Positions 48,617 through 60,583 of a stretch of DNA of 64,000 nucleotides are shown piece after piece. Position 1 is the first letter of the stretch. Each line of letters opens with the position of its first letter. The stretch is from the NCBI RefSeq assembly GCF_902713615.1, contig NC_052147.1:19394276-19458275 (forward strand), written 5' to 3'. The notes under the pieces are model-generated. The model was given only the letters and a program-made list of their open reading frames with translations. It was not told the DNA's origin and did not search any database. This stretch comes from Scyliorhinus canicula (lineage: Eukaryota). A program made the translations under genes and the position numbers.

Positions 48617-50086
48617 ACCCTCCCCCACATCCATACAGAGTCAGTACCCTCCCCCACATCCATACACAGCCAGTACCCTCCCCCACATCCATACACAGCC
48701 AGTACCCTCCCCCACATCCATACACAGCCAGTACCCTCCCCCACATCCATATAGAGCCAGTACCCTCCCCTACATCCATACAGAGCCAGTACCCTCCCCC
48801 ACATCCATACGGAGCCAGTACCCTCCCCCACATCCATACAGAGTCAGTACCCTCCCCCACATCCATACAGGGTCAGTACCCTTCCCCCACATCCATACAG
48901 AGCCAGTACCCGCCCCCACATCCACTCAGAGCCAGTACCCTCCCCCACATCCATACAGAGTCAGTACCCTCCCCCACATCCATACAGAGCCAATACCCTC
49001 CCCCACATCCATACAGAGCCAGTACCCTCCTCACATCCATACACAGCCATTACCCTTCCCCACATCCATACAGAGCCAGTACCCTCCCCCACATCCATAC
49101 AAACAGTGAGTACCCTTCCCCACATCCATACAGAGCAAGTACCCTCCCCCACATCCATACAAACAGTGAGTACCCTTCCCCACATCCATACAGAGCCAGT
49201 ACCCTCCTCACATCCATACAGAGTCAGTACCCTACCCCACATCCATACAGAGCCAGTACCCTCCCCCACATCCATATAGAGCCAATACCCTCCCCCACAT
49301 CCATACAGTGTCAGTACCATCCCCCACATCCATACAGAGCCAGTACCCTCCCCCACATCCACTCAGAGCCAGTACCCTCCCCCACATCCATACAGAGTCA
49401 GTACCCTCCCCCACATCCATACAGAGCCAGTACCCTCCCCCACATCCATACAGAGTCAGTACCCTCCCCCACATCCATACAGAGCCAGTACCCTTCCCCA
49501 CATCCATACAGAGCCAGCACCCTCTCCACATCCATACAGAGCCAGTACCCCTCCCCACATCCATACAGAGCCAGTACCCTCCCCCACATCCATACACAGC
49601 CAGTACCCTCCCCCACATCCTTACAGAGCCAGTACCCTCCCCACATCCATACAGAGCCAGTGCCCTCCCCCACATCCATACAGAGCCAGTACCCTCCCCC
49701 ACATCCATACAGAGTCAGTACCCTCCCCCACATCCATACAGAGCCAGTACCCTCCCCCACATCCACACAGAGCCAGTACCCTCCCCCACATCCATACAGA
49801 GCCAGTACCCTCCCCCACATCCATACAGGGTCAGTACCCTTCCCCCACATCCATACAGAGCCAGTACCCTCCCCCACATCCATACAGAGCCAGTACCCTC
49901 CCCCACATCCATACAGAGCCAGTACCCTCCCCCACATCCATACAGAGCCAGTACCCTCCCCCACATCCATACAAACAGTGAGTACCCTTCCTCACATCCA
50001 TACAGAGCCAGTACCGTTCCCCACATCCATACAGCAGTGAGTACCCTCCCCCACATCCATACAAACAATGAGTACCGTTCCCCACA
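48617..50086. repeat. 29-bp minisatellite, about 50 units
   Basis: Consensus ACCCTCCCCCACATCCATACAGAGCCAGT with 28-30-bp variants; begins where a CR1 fragment (48455-48616) ends. Confidence 0.97.
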
Positions 50087-51097
50087 AAACAATGAGGTGC
50101 AAAAGAGGTAACTTCAAAGTGGAGAGATAAGGGAGTTTGGCACTTATATGCTAAAAAGCTGGGTCACCAGGGTGGGTAACATCGAAGGTAAAGAATGATA
50201 TATCCATAGCACAATAGGTGGAGAAAGGGACTCAGTGGAAGGAGCTACCATCACAGCTCCACCCAGTTGTAGAAAACAGTCTCCCCTGAAAACAAATTAT
50301 TGCTAAAAGGGCAGTCTGTTAAAATCCAAAACTGGAACCGAGAGGATTAGGCCTTTGCTAAAATTGAAGACAGTTTTCCTGAGTAACCTGAGCCTGGTAA
50401 TTATCTGCTAGATTCAACTGGTAAATTTATATAATATTGGATGCTGTTTGGGAACACGGGGCATCTCAGACTTCAGGAAACCTAGATAGTTGGGAACACA
50501 TGTACTACCATGTGTATAGTCATCAGTGTCGTCAGGTGTACTGTTGTAGTGTATTATAGTCCTTCCTGTCATGTTCTTCTTTTTAAGTTAATAAATATTC
50601 TTTATTAATTGTTCAGGAAATGACTTGACTATTCCTTCCGGGTTTGTATGTCTTTTCTCAGCTGCCAAATTGGAAATATTCATCACGAAGAATCGGTGTT
50701 CCACATTACCCTTCTAGATTTTGGGATAGCTTCGCATTTAACATCAGCGGGGTTCTTAACACACGGCATAGAGAGAAATGTGCGACCAACTGAGCCATGA
50801 CTGATACAAATAGGGACATTCCTGTTGCCATGAAGGAACAGAGAAATATACAGGTTCTAATACAGGATAGATGGCTTTAATGATGAGGTGAACATCTCTT
50901 CCTAGCTTCTCATGAACTTACGTTGGACATTGTTAGCAATATAGAAAATTGCCATTGAGTAACAAGAAATAACATTTTCCCTTGACTCAGATACTTGATA
51001 CACATTTGGCCTATTGAACTGGGATGTCCAATGATTTCAAAAGTAAGTTCAGGGGCCGTCCACTCTGCATTTTATCACTTAGATGGAATGATTCTAC

Positions 51098-51214
51098 CTT
51101 GACATGACCTCCCATCGAGATTCAGCAGAAATCCAGAATTACACTGGCAGGAGTAGGACCCAGCGACGTTGGCACACAGCTGCTGACAGTATCCATGTCG
51201 ACATTCATCAATGT
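51098..51214 (-). CDS. FBLN5: Fibulin-5 coding exon (equivalent to exon 6; cbEGF)
   Basis: 117 bp, AG/GT bounded; manual translation [39 protein letters not shown]; phase 1/1. Confidence 0.95.
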
Positions 51215-51649
51215 CTGATGAGGAAACAGAGGGGAGTTAAATCTTAATTTAGGGGAGCGATGCATTTACGTGCTTCGAACAAGCGATAATCACGTAACAT
51301 TTCATTTTATTTACGCTAAAGCGCGCCAGAAGGAAAGGCTCCTCGCAGATTGGTTTGCCATTTTGTCCTGCAGCCCTGATCACCCCCGCCCCTCCTGCAT
51401 TTTGCCTCCCCCCACACCCCACCCAACCCTGGGGTAGCCCCCAAGAATCCCCCTTCACCAACCCCCTCTACCTAGCAAGACTCCACCCCTGGGCCTGACC
51501 CCTGGCAGTGCCAACTTGACACAAGGGCACCTTGGCACTGCCAGCCTGGCACCTTGGCAATGCCCCAGGCACCCTTGAAGTGCCAACCAGGAATCTTTAA
51601 GTGGACCAGTACTAAACAGTGCCCTGGCAATGTCTGCCAGGCACGGCCA

Positions 51650-54600
51650 GTGAGTCTGCCTGATTAGATTATGATTTTCCAAATGTGCTGTTATAACTTC
51701 CTTAATTATTGATTCAAACATTTTTCCAACAATAAATATTCGGCTAATTGGCCTGTAGTTACTTTCCCTTTTTGAATAGGGGTGTCACTGGCAGTCCTCC
51801 AATCCTCAGGTACTTATCCAGATTCCAAGGATCTTTGAAAATTACAACCAATGCATCCATTATTTCTGTAGCTACTTCTTATAGGATCCTAGGAAGCAAG
51901 CCGTCAGGGCCAGGGGACTTACCTGCCTTTAGCCCCATTAATTTGTCTAATACTACTTCTCTAGTGATGGTGATGGGATTTAATTACTCCCCTGTATTCT
52001 TTAGTATTAATGGGATGGTTGAAGTATATTCCACCTTTAAGATTAATGCAAAATATCTGTTTCACTCATCTGCCATTTCCGTGTTCCCCATAACTATCTC
52101 CCCAGATTCATTTTCTATGGGGCCTATGTTCACTTTGACCTCTGTCTTCCTTTTTATATATTTAAAGAAGCTCTTATTGCCAGTTTTTATATTCCTTGCT
52201 AGTGGGTCCCGTAGTTTATTTTCTCTCTCTATTATCTTTTTAGTCTTCCTTTGCTGGCTTCTGAATTTATTCAAGTCTTTCACTATCACTGACTTTTGCC
52301 TCCTTATATGCTTTTTCTTTCAACTTAATGCTCTCCTTAATTTCCTCGGTTTACCATGGTTGGTTTATCCTTCCCTTGACTCTTTCCTCCTTAGTGGGAT
52401 ATATTTGTGCTGAGAGTCACAAATTACCTCCTCAAATGTCTGTCACTGCTTGTTTACTGTCTTTCTTGCTAATCTATCCACCCAGTCCACTTTCGCTAAC
52501 TCTATCCTCATTTAATTGTAATTCCCTTTATTTAAGTTAAGCACAGTACTTTCAACGCAGGTTTTTCACTCTCAAAACTGAATTATTAATTTCCATCATG
52601 TTATGATCACTGCTTCCTAGGGGATCTTTTACTCATCAGTAATCTATTAAACCTCCCTCATTATCCATTACCAGATCCAAGATAGCCTGTTCCTTGGTTG
52701 ACTCCATGACATATTGCTCTAGGAAACTATCCCTAATGCATTTCATGAATTTGTTGTTGCAGCTATCCTTTCCAGCATAATTAACCCAATCTACATGAAG
52801 ATTAAAGTCTGCCATTGTTATTGCTATATTCTTTTTACATGCTCCTTTTATTTGTTGATGTATTTCCTACAGTGTTACTATTATTTGGGGGTCTATCCCC
52901 AAGTCTTCTTTCCCTTACTGTTTTTCACCTCCACCCAAATGGACTCTACATCATCAGAGTCTAGGTTGTTTCTCACAACTGTCCTCATTCCATCTCTTAT
53001 TAACAGTGCTAACCCACCACCTTTTCCTTCCCTCCTGTCTTTCAGAAAGATCAAATATCCCTGAATATTAAGTTCTGAGTTTTAATCTCCTTGTAACCAT
53101 GTCCCCATAATGTCTATGAAATTGTGTCCATTTACCTCGATTTGCACCATCAATTCATCTACCTTACTCCGAATGCTTCATGCATTAAGGTACACAGCCT
53201 TTAGTCTTGCCTTTTTGGCATTTTAATCATCCAAATCTTTCTTTGTGCTGTGGCCTTATTTGCCTCTCGTCCTCGCTCACCCTGTCTACCGTTTTTGCAT
53301 TTTACTATTCTTTATTATTGTCCTTGTTTCTCTTTCACTTACCACCCTGCTTAAGTTCCCATCCCCTTGCCATTCTAGTTTAAACCATCCCCAACCACAC
53401 TCGCAAACACCCACCCTTGGACATCAGTCCCAGTTCTGCCCATACCCATCCAGTTTGTACTGGTCCCACTTCCCCCAGAACCGGTCCCAATGTCCCAGAA
53501 GTCTGATACCCTCCCCCTTGCACCCTTACAATTTCAGCCAGGTATTCATCTGAAATAGCTTCCTATTTCTACTCTGATTCGCACATGGCGATGGTAGTAA
53601 ACTGAGATCACTACTTTTGCAGTCCTACTTTTCAACTTACTTCCTAACCCCTTATATTCTGCCTTGAGGACTTCATCCCTTTTTTTATTAACCTATGTCG
53701 TTTGTACCAATGTGTACCACAACCACTGGCTGTTCACCCTCTCCCTGCAGAATGTCCTTTAACTTCTCTGAGACATCCTTGACCCCAGCACCCAGGAGGG
53801 AACATACCATCCAGGAATCCTGTTTGAGGCTACAGAAACGCCCATCCTTCCCCTTACAATTGAAACCTCTCTAACTACAACATTGCCACACTTTTGAAAT
53901 CCTCCTCTGTGCAGCAGGGCCAACCCTGGTGCAACAAATTTGCCTTTCTCCTGAGGGGCCACTCCCCTCAACTGTATCCAAAGCAGTATACCTGTTTTGC
54001 AGGGGAATGACCACAGGAGATTCTGGCACTGCCTGCCTAATCCTCTTGCTGTGCCTGATGGCCATTCATTCCCTTCCTGCCTGTGGAGTCTGAGCCTGCG
54101 CTGTGACCACCTCTCTATACGTGCTAACCACAATAATCTCCACCTCCCAGATGATCCACAGTGTCCCCAGACACTGCTCTGAAACCTGGGCTGTCAGGAT
54201 CTGTCGCTCGAGATGCCTCCTGCACATATGCTGGCCATGACCAGTGGAAATATTTCCGGCTTCCCACATGGAGTACAAGGAGCACACCACGGCTTGGATC
54301 TCTCCTGCTATGACCAACCTCTTTAAATTAAACCTTTAGAAGATTTTTAATATCAGGTAATGTTAATTACTCTGGGACCCTTCTTTCCTGGTCCTCATGA
54401 CGACAAAATATAGCACTTACAAACTATAAGCGATTAAAGTAGGAAAGGCCTACCTGACCTTACCCACTACTTATCAATCAACTCTCTTCCCTGGAGCCTC
54501 TACTGCATCCGCAGTCCAACACACTCTCTGAAGAGTGAAAAAGTTAGAAAGCAAAGAGCACCACTTTCCCCTCAGCAGCAAATTCACATGATGCTCCAAA

Positions 54601-54700
54601 TTCCCGATACCCACACTCACTCTGGCTGCGTCTCACTCAGGATGTGTGCTCTCCCGCTGCTCGTGGACAAAGTTCAACAGCATCTGATGAGCGTGCACGT
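51650..54700 (-). mobile_element. CR1 LINE 5' portion (5'UTR, ORF1 with SGNH esterase domain, decayed EN and linker)
   Basis: IPLQNRYTALDTV, LGAGVKDVSEKLKDILQGEGEQPVVVVHIGTNDIG, KTGNKSFFKYI, ESIIKEVITAHLE. Confidence 0.85.
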
Positions 54701-55496
54701 TCCGTGACGCGGAGGCCCTGCCGATCTTAGTGGCAGCATCTCGTTTAGATAACAGAATGCAGAGTCCTGCATCAAACCTGGATACATCGACTGCCCAGTT
54801 GGTGATTGGGAGCAGGAACCTGGGGCAGGAAAGCCGTGGGAATGATCCAGAGGTCTGGCTGGGATCGGGGTGCCTGATCCGTATTGGGGCTTCTCGCCTT
54901 GAAAGGATGGGGAATCTGAATTGTGATGTCGCGTAGGTTATAAATTTGAAATCCCCATGTGATCAGTATTAGGTTAAGGTTAATTGGGTTTGCCAGAATA
55001 ATATGATCACAGAAACTCTGGGCACGCCCGCTCAGGGACTGGAAATTCCCGCCCGAGGTCAATGGACCTTTGGTTTAGTCTGTTATGTTTAGTGATCTGC
55101 CCGCGACAATTCCTGAGCGGGGCAGGACCTGGAAGATTTAGGTCTCTATCTTATTGTGAACTGAACTTTACAATTGTTAATTGGAATAATATGATCACAC
55201 TTAGGGGAGGACTCTCCCCTGCATATTCTACAGCTCTCTCCCCGAGAGTAGTGTTTGGAAATCGCCACAACAGTGGGACGGGGTTTGAGAGGGATGTGAG
55301 GGTGAGGGTTGGATCGGGGCAGTCTGGGTTGGGTGGAGGGGTGATGCAAAGGGGGTTGACGCCTGGACATGATTGATGGGATAAGATGGGTCTGGGGGAT
55401 GGTGGTGGAAGCGGCAACAATTTGAGCCCTGATCGACTTTGTGCCCATTTTTTCCTGCAGGAATAGCATCACTGAATGGAGATTCCGGGCAAGTTA

Positions 55497-55703
<207 letters not shown>

Positions 55704-56076
55704 TTACTTCTGGGTCTTTCTTTAAAGGTGGAAGTCAAAGAGGGAGATGACTTGCTCAGCTGGAGACAGCCACAATATTACACTGGATACAAGGTACTCA
55801 AATAACATCATCTCCCGCGGGACAGTTTCCCTTTTTACTTTCACTTTGCACTGGCCATATACAGGGGCAGGTATAGCACAGTGCGCTAAATAGCTGGCTT
55901 GCAATACAGAACAATGCCAGCAGCGTGCGTTCAATCCCTGTACCAGCCTCCCCGAACAGGTGCTGGAATGTGGTGACTAGGGGCTTGTCACAGTAACTTC
56001 ATTGAATTCTACTTGTGGCAAGAGATTATTATTATTATTTCCAAATTAAAAGCTTAAATATTTCTCCTGTTCATCT

Positions 56077-56395
56077 GGGCAGCATGGTAGCATAGTGGTT
56101 AGCACTGTGGCTTCACCGCGCCAGAGTCCCAGGTTCGATTCCCTGCTGGGTCACTGTCCATGCGGAGTCTGCACGTTCTCCCCGTGACTGGGTGGGTTTC
56201 CTCCGGGTTTCCTCCCACAGTCCAAAGGTGTATAGGTTAGGTGGCTTGGCCATGTTAAATTGCCCTTAGTGTCCAAAAAGGTTAGGAGGGGTTATTGGGT
56301 TAAGGGGATAGGGTTGAAGTGAGGGCTTAAGTGGGTCAGTGTAGACTCGATGGGCTGAATAGCCTCCTTCTGCACTGTATGTTCTATGTTCTATG
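56077..56395 (+). mobile_element. HE1-type SINE
   Basis: tRNA head and (ATGTTCT)n tail. Confidence 0.88.
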
Positions 56396-56414
56396 TTACA
56401 GGCAATAGGAAAAA

Positions 56415-57030
56415 GAAAGACTTGCATTCATACAGTGCTTTCCATAGCCTTGTAACAAAGCACTCCAACGTCAATGATGACACTTGTGCTGTAAGAAACC
56501 ATACAATCCATACAATGCAGAAGGAGGCTGTTTGGCCCATCGAGTATGAACCGACCTTCCGAAAGAACATCCGACCTAGGCTCATTCTCCTGCCCAATCC
56601 CCGTACCCCGCACATTGATCATGGCCAATCCACCCAACCCGCACATCTTTGAAACGTGGGAGGGAATCGGGGAACCCAGAGGAAACCCACACAGACACGG
56701 GGAGAACATGCAGACTCCTTACAGGCAGTCACCGGAGGCCAAAAACGAACTATGTCCCTGTGGCTTTGAGGCAGCAGTGCACACCATTGTGCCATTGTGT
56801 CGCCTCGCAGCACTCTCACACAAATAGCAACGTGATAACGACCAAGCAAACCTGCTTCAGTGACGTTAGTTGAGGGATAGATGTTGGCCATCACAACTGC
56901 TTCACTCTTCTAAGTAATGGAGTCTGGGGGTCTTTTATACCCACTTCAGAGGGAAGACAGCACCTCGGTTTAACGTCACGCCTGAAAGACGGCATCTCCT
57001 TATGGTCAGCCTGGATTTTTGTGTTCCTTT
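56415..57030 (-). mobile_element. DeuSINE remnant split by an old HE1 SINE (~56495-56800)
   Basis: Reverse complement of the Deu-domain text (CCTCGGTTTAACGTC...GAAAGACGGCA) and the AAGACTTGCATT tail. Confidence 0.6.
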
Positions 57031-57231
57031 CTCTGGAATGGGGCTGACAATCTGGGAAAGGCACTCCGGTGTTTTTTCATTGGGCATGGGAAGTTTAGCC
57101 TGGTCGCGCAGTAATCAACTTTAGTTTCATTGGCTCATTCATTGGGGGAAATGTAGGATAAATGTTTGCGTTCCAATGATTGTAAACAATGTATTGGATT
57201 TTACAGAGGGTGGACCTCTCTGAGACCACAA

Positions 57232-58261
57232 TGTAGCCACCTAAGATGGACACTGGGCTAACAAAATGGAGAACTGCTAAGACTGTAGGGAGAAAACAGT
57301 TTTAGCCAGGACAAGCAGTCTGCAAAGGCTAATTAGCATTCTGCACGTAGCGAAACTAGTTTATGGCCAGGTGGAAGATCTCAACCAAAGGTGTAAATAG
57401 CAAAACACTTTGCATACTAATGAGGCAATCCAGATCTGGGCACACACAATAGCAACATTTGGGTTTGAATGGATACTTTGAGTGGACGCCCAGACGAAAC
57501 GGCACCAGAAGTATCCATCACAAAAGACCCTAGAGACCGCCCCACCCATCGAGAAGAGACCCTCAGATTGGGGGATTTGTAAGACATCGATTGGGAAATA
57601 ATCCAATCGATACATGGCAGGTAAAGACCCGCCCCGAAAAGGCACGGACATTGGGGGCCCTATAAAGATAGACCCCGCACATGGTTCTGTCTGTTTTGCT
57701 CCGGCTCCGCTGTTTTGTGCTCCGGCTTGAACTGCTGTTTTGACTCCGGCCCAGATCTGCTGTTGTATCCTGACTCCGACTCCAGCCGTTGATCCTGTCT
57801 CCCATCACCAGCCGTTGAGCACCAGCCATCGTTCAGTAAGTGCCAAAACGACGCTCGCTACGTGAACCCGGCAGTGCCTATACATTAATCGACTAGTAAC
57901 GAACAGAAGGTGCAGCCCAGAAAGGAACAAAGGCCTTGTCCCCTGACCTTGCTGGTTCCTACTTAGATAAGTATTTAGTCGTTTAATAGTAGGAATAGGT
58001 ATTAGTCTTTAGCGTGTGCATGCGTATTTATTATATTTGTATAATAAATATTGATCGTTTAAACTTACTGATCGGTGTATAGTTTTATTACTTTGAACCT
58101 GACCTTGAGATACTTGTGAGGTGTCTATATACGGCACCTGACGACTCCGAGCTGAAAATACACACACAGAGCTGTAGCAGTGTTATGCACACGGCCTTTA
58201 AACGGAGGCGTGTTAATACACTCCAATAAACGTGTAATACACTCAAGTAAAACGTGCAACA
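57232..58261 (+). mobile_element. ~1.03-kb 5' LTR of a retrovirus-like element
   Basis: TGTAGC...GCAACA termini (5/6 inverted match), TATAAA at 57661, AATAAA at 58043 and 58225, PBS-like TGGCGACATCCTGACGGGAC at 58267-58286. Confidence 0.75.
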
Positions 58262-58577
58262 TTTAGTGGCGACATCCTGACGGGACGCAGTTACAAGTGG
58301 CACCCCCACTCCGTCGAGGACCCTGAAATTTGAATTAGAAATCTGGTAAAGAAAAAGGAAAGAAATCACAAGTATTCAAGGTGTTCAAACGAATAAACGT
58401 AATTCGGAAGTGTGTTTAGTGCATGCGTACTAACAGGGTTGTAAGGAAAACCTGAAAGCGTTTTTGTTGCGACAAACTTTCGGCAGTTTTGTGAACGGAA
58501 CATAGTGTAAGCCTTACCCGTTTCGTGAGACATAACCTCAACACCCCCTGTTCCAAATTTAAAGTGAGTCAGAGAAA

Positions 58578-60278
58578 ATGGCCATGCAGGCAATGGAACG
58601 CCTCATGAATCCAGAACAGTTTGTGGTCGCAGCGACCAGCAGTAGCCGAGTAGGTCAGTGTCCCGTGTGGGAGCTGGAACTCCGCAAGTATCTGCAAGGA
58701 AAGGGATGGCCCCTTTGGAAAGAATTCTGTATGAATGAGGAGACAGGTCCCGGAAGTATAGGACATACTTGGTGGGAGAACCTCTCTCAAATTCATAAGA
58801 AAACCCTTAGTAAAGCACGCAAGCCGATGGCAATCGTGTCCTGTTTGGCACAATTGCGAGGCACAGAGGAGGTCGTTCAGACGCTCCGGGCAGAATTAGA
58901 AGAGAGAAATCGAATGAGTAAAGTGGATGTCAGGGACATCGAGAAGGAAAATATGGATCTTAGAGGGAAGCTGGCAGAGAAAGGTAGAGAGGTGGATGAT
59001 GCCAAGAGGGCACATCAGTCTTGTCTAGCCCATCTCAGCAGTTCCCAGACCCAGTACGAAAAGGCCTATCAGGACGTGCAACGTGCCGTCCTGATAAGAG
59101 AAGAATCAGAGAAGCAGGTAGAGGCTTTGCAGAGGCAATGCTCTGACCTAAAGGCAGCTTTAAGAGCACTCCATGCTGCCACCACAGAACAAAGACAGAG
59201 TACAGTAGACCATGCAAAATGCAGGAAGCAGATTGCGGAGCTGCAATCGCTGCTTTCAGTGCAGAATGGGTTCCAAAGCACCTTTGGAACGCAGTTAGAT
59301 GAGGAGAATGCCCCAGACTGGAAGGAATTAAGCGAAACAGCGCAGCGTTATGTTCAGGGAACATGTGCGCCAGCAGCGCAGCAGAAAAGACAAGCACCCC
59401 AACCTCCCACAGATCAGTTAGTTACTGCACCAATGAATCCAGTCACCACCCAAAGGAAAGCGACCACAGAAGGTGCACCTGATATTACCTACACCACCCC
59501 CTTAACTGTAACCCAACTCAGGGACGCGTGTGAAAAGATCACTCCGTTTCTCCCCACCGCAGACCCCCACCAATTTTTCGCAAAAGTAAAGCAACAGGCA
59601 ACCATGTACGGCCTGGACGAGAGAGAGCAGGTTAAACTCACGGTTCTGAGTTTAGACCAATCGGTTGTAGCAGCCCTCCCCGACCCACAGAACGTTGGCA
59701 GAGGCACCCTAGAGGAAATGCACACCTCCATTTTAGATGCCATAGGGTATAATCGAGGTGACCCAGTAGAAGGGCTTAACAAGTGCCGACAGAAGAAAAC
59801 CGAGCACCCCACAGCATTCGCAGGAAGGCTGTGGATCCATTTTAACGCAGTTTTTGGCGATTTAAATAGAGCCCATTTGAACCGTGAAAATATGGTTAAA
59901 TGGACGCGCACCATAATTTCCCATGCCACAGATGCAGGACAGAGCGCTTGCAACAGCTATGACCCCTCAGAAGAGGCCCATAATGAGAAGTGGGTCCTGA
60001 AGAGATTGTCCCGCGCTTGGGAGCAATCAGTTCAGGGCAGAGGCAAAGTGAAGTCCCCAGAAGAGGCTCAGGCTGCAGCGGACATTCAGGCAGTGAGAGC
60101 GCACCAAAACCCCGCGTGGGTAAATGAAGAAAAGAACAGCCCTCCACAGAAGTCGCAGGAATGCTACAACTGTGGCCAGTTAGGACATTGGGCTAAGGAA
60201 TGTAATGCACCCCAGAGATCACAGAGAGGCCAGCAGACAGGCACTCTGAATAGGAATAAAGCCAAAACCAATCCATAG
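58578..60278 (+). CDS. Gag-like polyprotein (566 aa) of an endogenous retrovirus-like element
   Basis: Uninterrupted ORF; long heptad-rich region; capsid-like segment (CRQKKTEHPTAFAGRL); CCHC knuckle CYNCGQLGHWAKEC. Confidence 0.85.
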   Translation: MAMQAMERLMNPEQFVVAATSSSRVGQCPVWELELRKYLQGKGWPLWKEFCMNEETGPGSIGHTWWENLSQIHKKTLSKARKPMAIVSCLAQLRGTEEVVQTLRAELEERNRMSKVDVRDIEKENMDLRGKLAEKGREVDDAKRAHQSCLAHLSSSQTQYEKAYQDVQRAVLIREESEKQVEALQRQCSDLKAALRALHAATTEQRQSTVDHAKCRKQIAELQSLLSVQNGFQSTFGTQLDEENAPDWKELSETAQRYVQGTCAPAAQQKRQAPQPPTDQLVTAPMNPVTTQRKATTEGAPDITYTTPLTVTQLRDACEKITPFLPTADPHQFFAKVKQQATMYGLDEREQVKLTVLSLDQSVVAALPDPQNVGRGTLEEMHTSILDAIGYNRGDPVEGLNKCRQKKTEHPTAFAGRLWIHFNAVFGDLNRAHLNRENMVKWTRTIISHATDAGQSACNSYDPSEEAHNEKWVLKRLSRAWEQSVQGRGKVKSPEEAQAAADIQAVRAHQNPAWVNEEKNSPPQKSQECYNCGQLGHWAKECNAPQRSQRGQQTGTLNRNKAKTNP

Positions 60279-60324
60279 TATAGGGATCCAGTCAGGACAG
60301 ACCAATGTGGACGGGACGGACTGA

Positions 60325-60583
60325 CGGTGTTCGGGCTCCCCCACTTGGGTCTGTGACACTCTTTGGGATCAATCCGGAAGACCGGTAGTCACAGCTAAGG
60401 TTAGAGGGAAGCCCATAGAGTTACTTTGGGACACAGGAGGGTCCCGCACCACGATTAATTCCACCACCACGGCACAGGCAGACACGTGGCCGACCACCTC
60501 CACCATCACACTTAGCGGTTTCACAGGACACTCGCAGCAGGGACACATTACAGCAACCGTAGCAATCCAGCTAGGGAACATTT
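60325..60583 (+). pseudogene. Retroviral-type aspartic protease fragment (pol truncated)
   Basis: RPVVTAKVRGKPIELLWDTGGSRTTIN...ITLSGFTG; no RT follows. Confidence 0.8.

Noticed and set aside
48617-50086. CRISPR-like repeat array
   Set aside because: The units are directly adjacent with no unique spacers, there are no cas genes, and the context is eukaryotic
48490-50111. 516-aa and other long Pro/His-rich ORFs on both strands
   Set aside because: They are translations of a 29-bp stop-poor minisatellite; the unit length is not a multiple of 3 and the same peptides cycle through all frames
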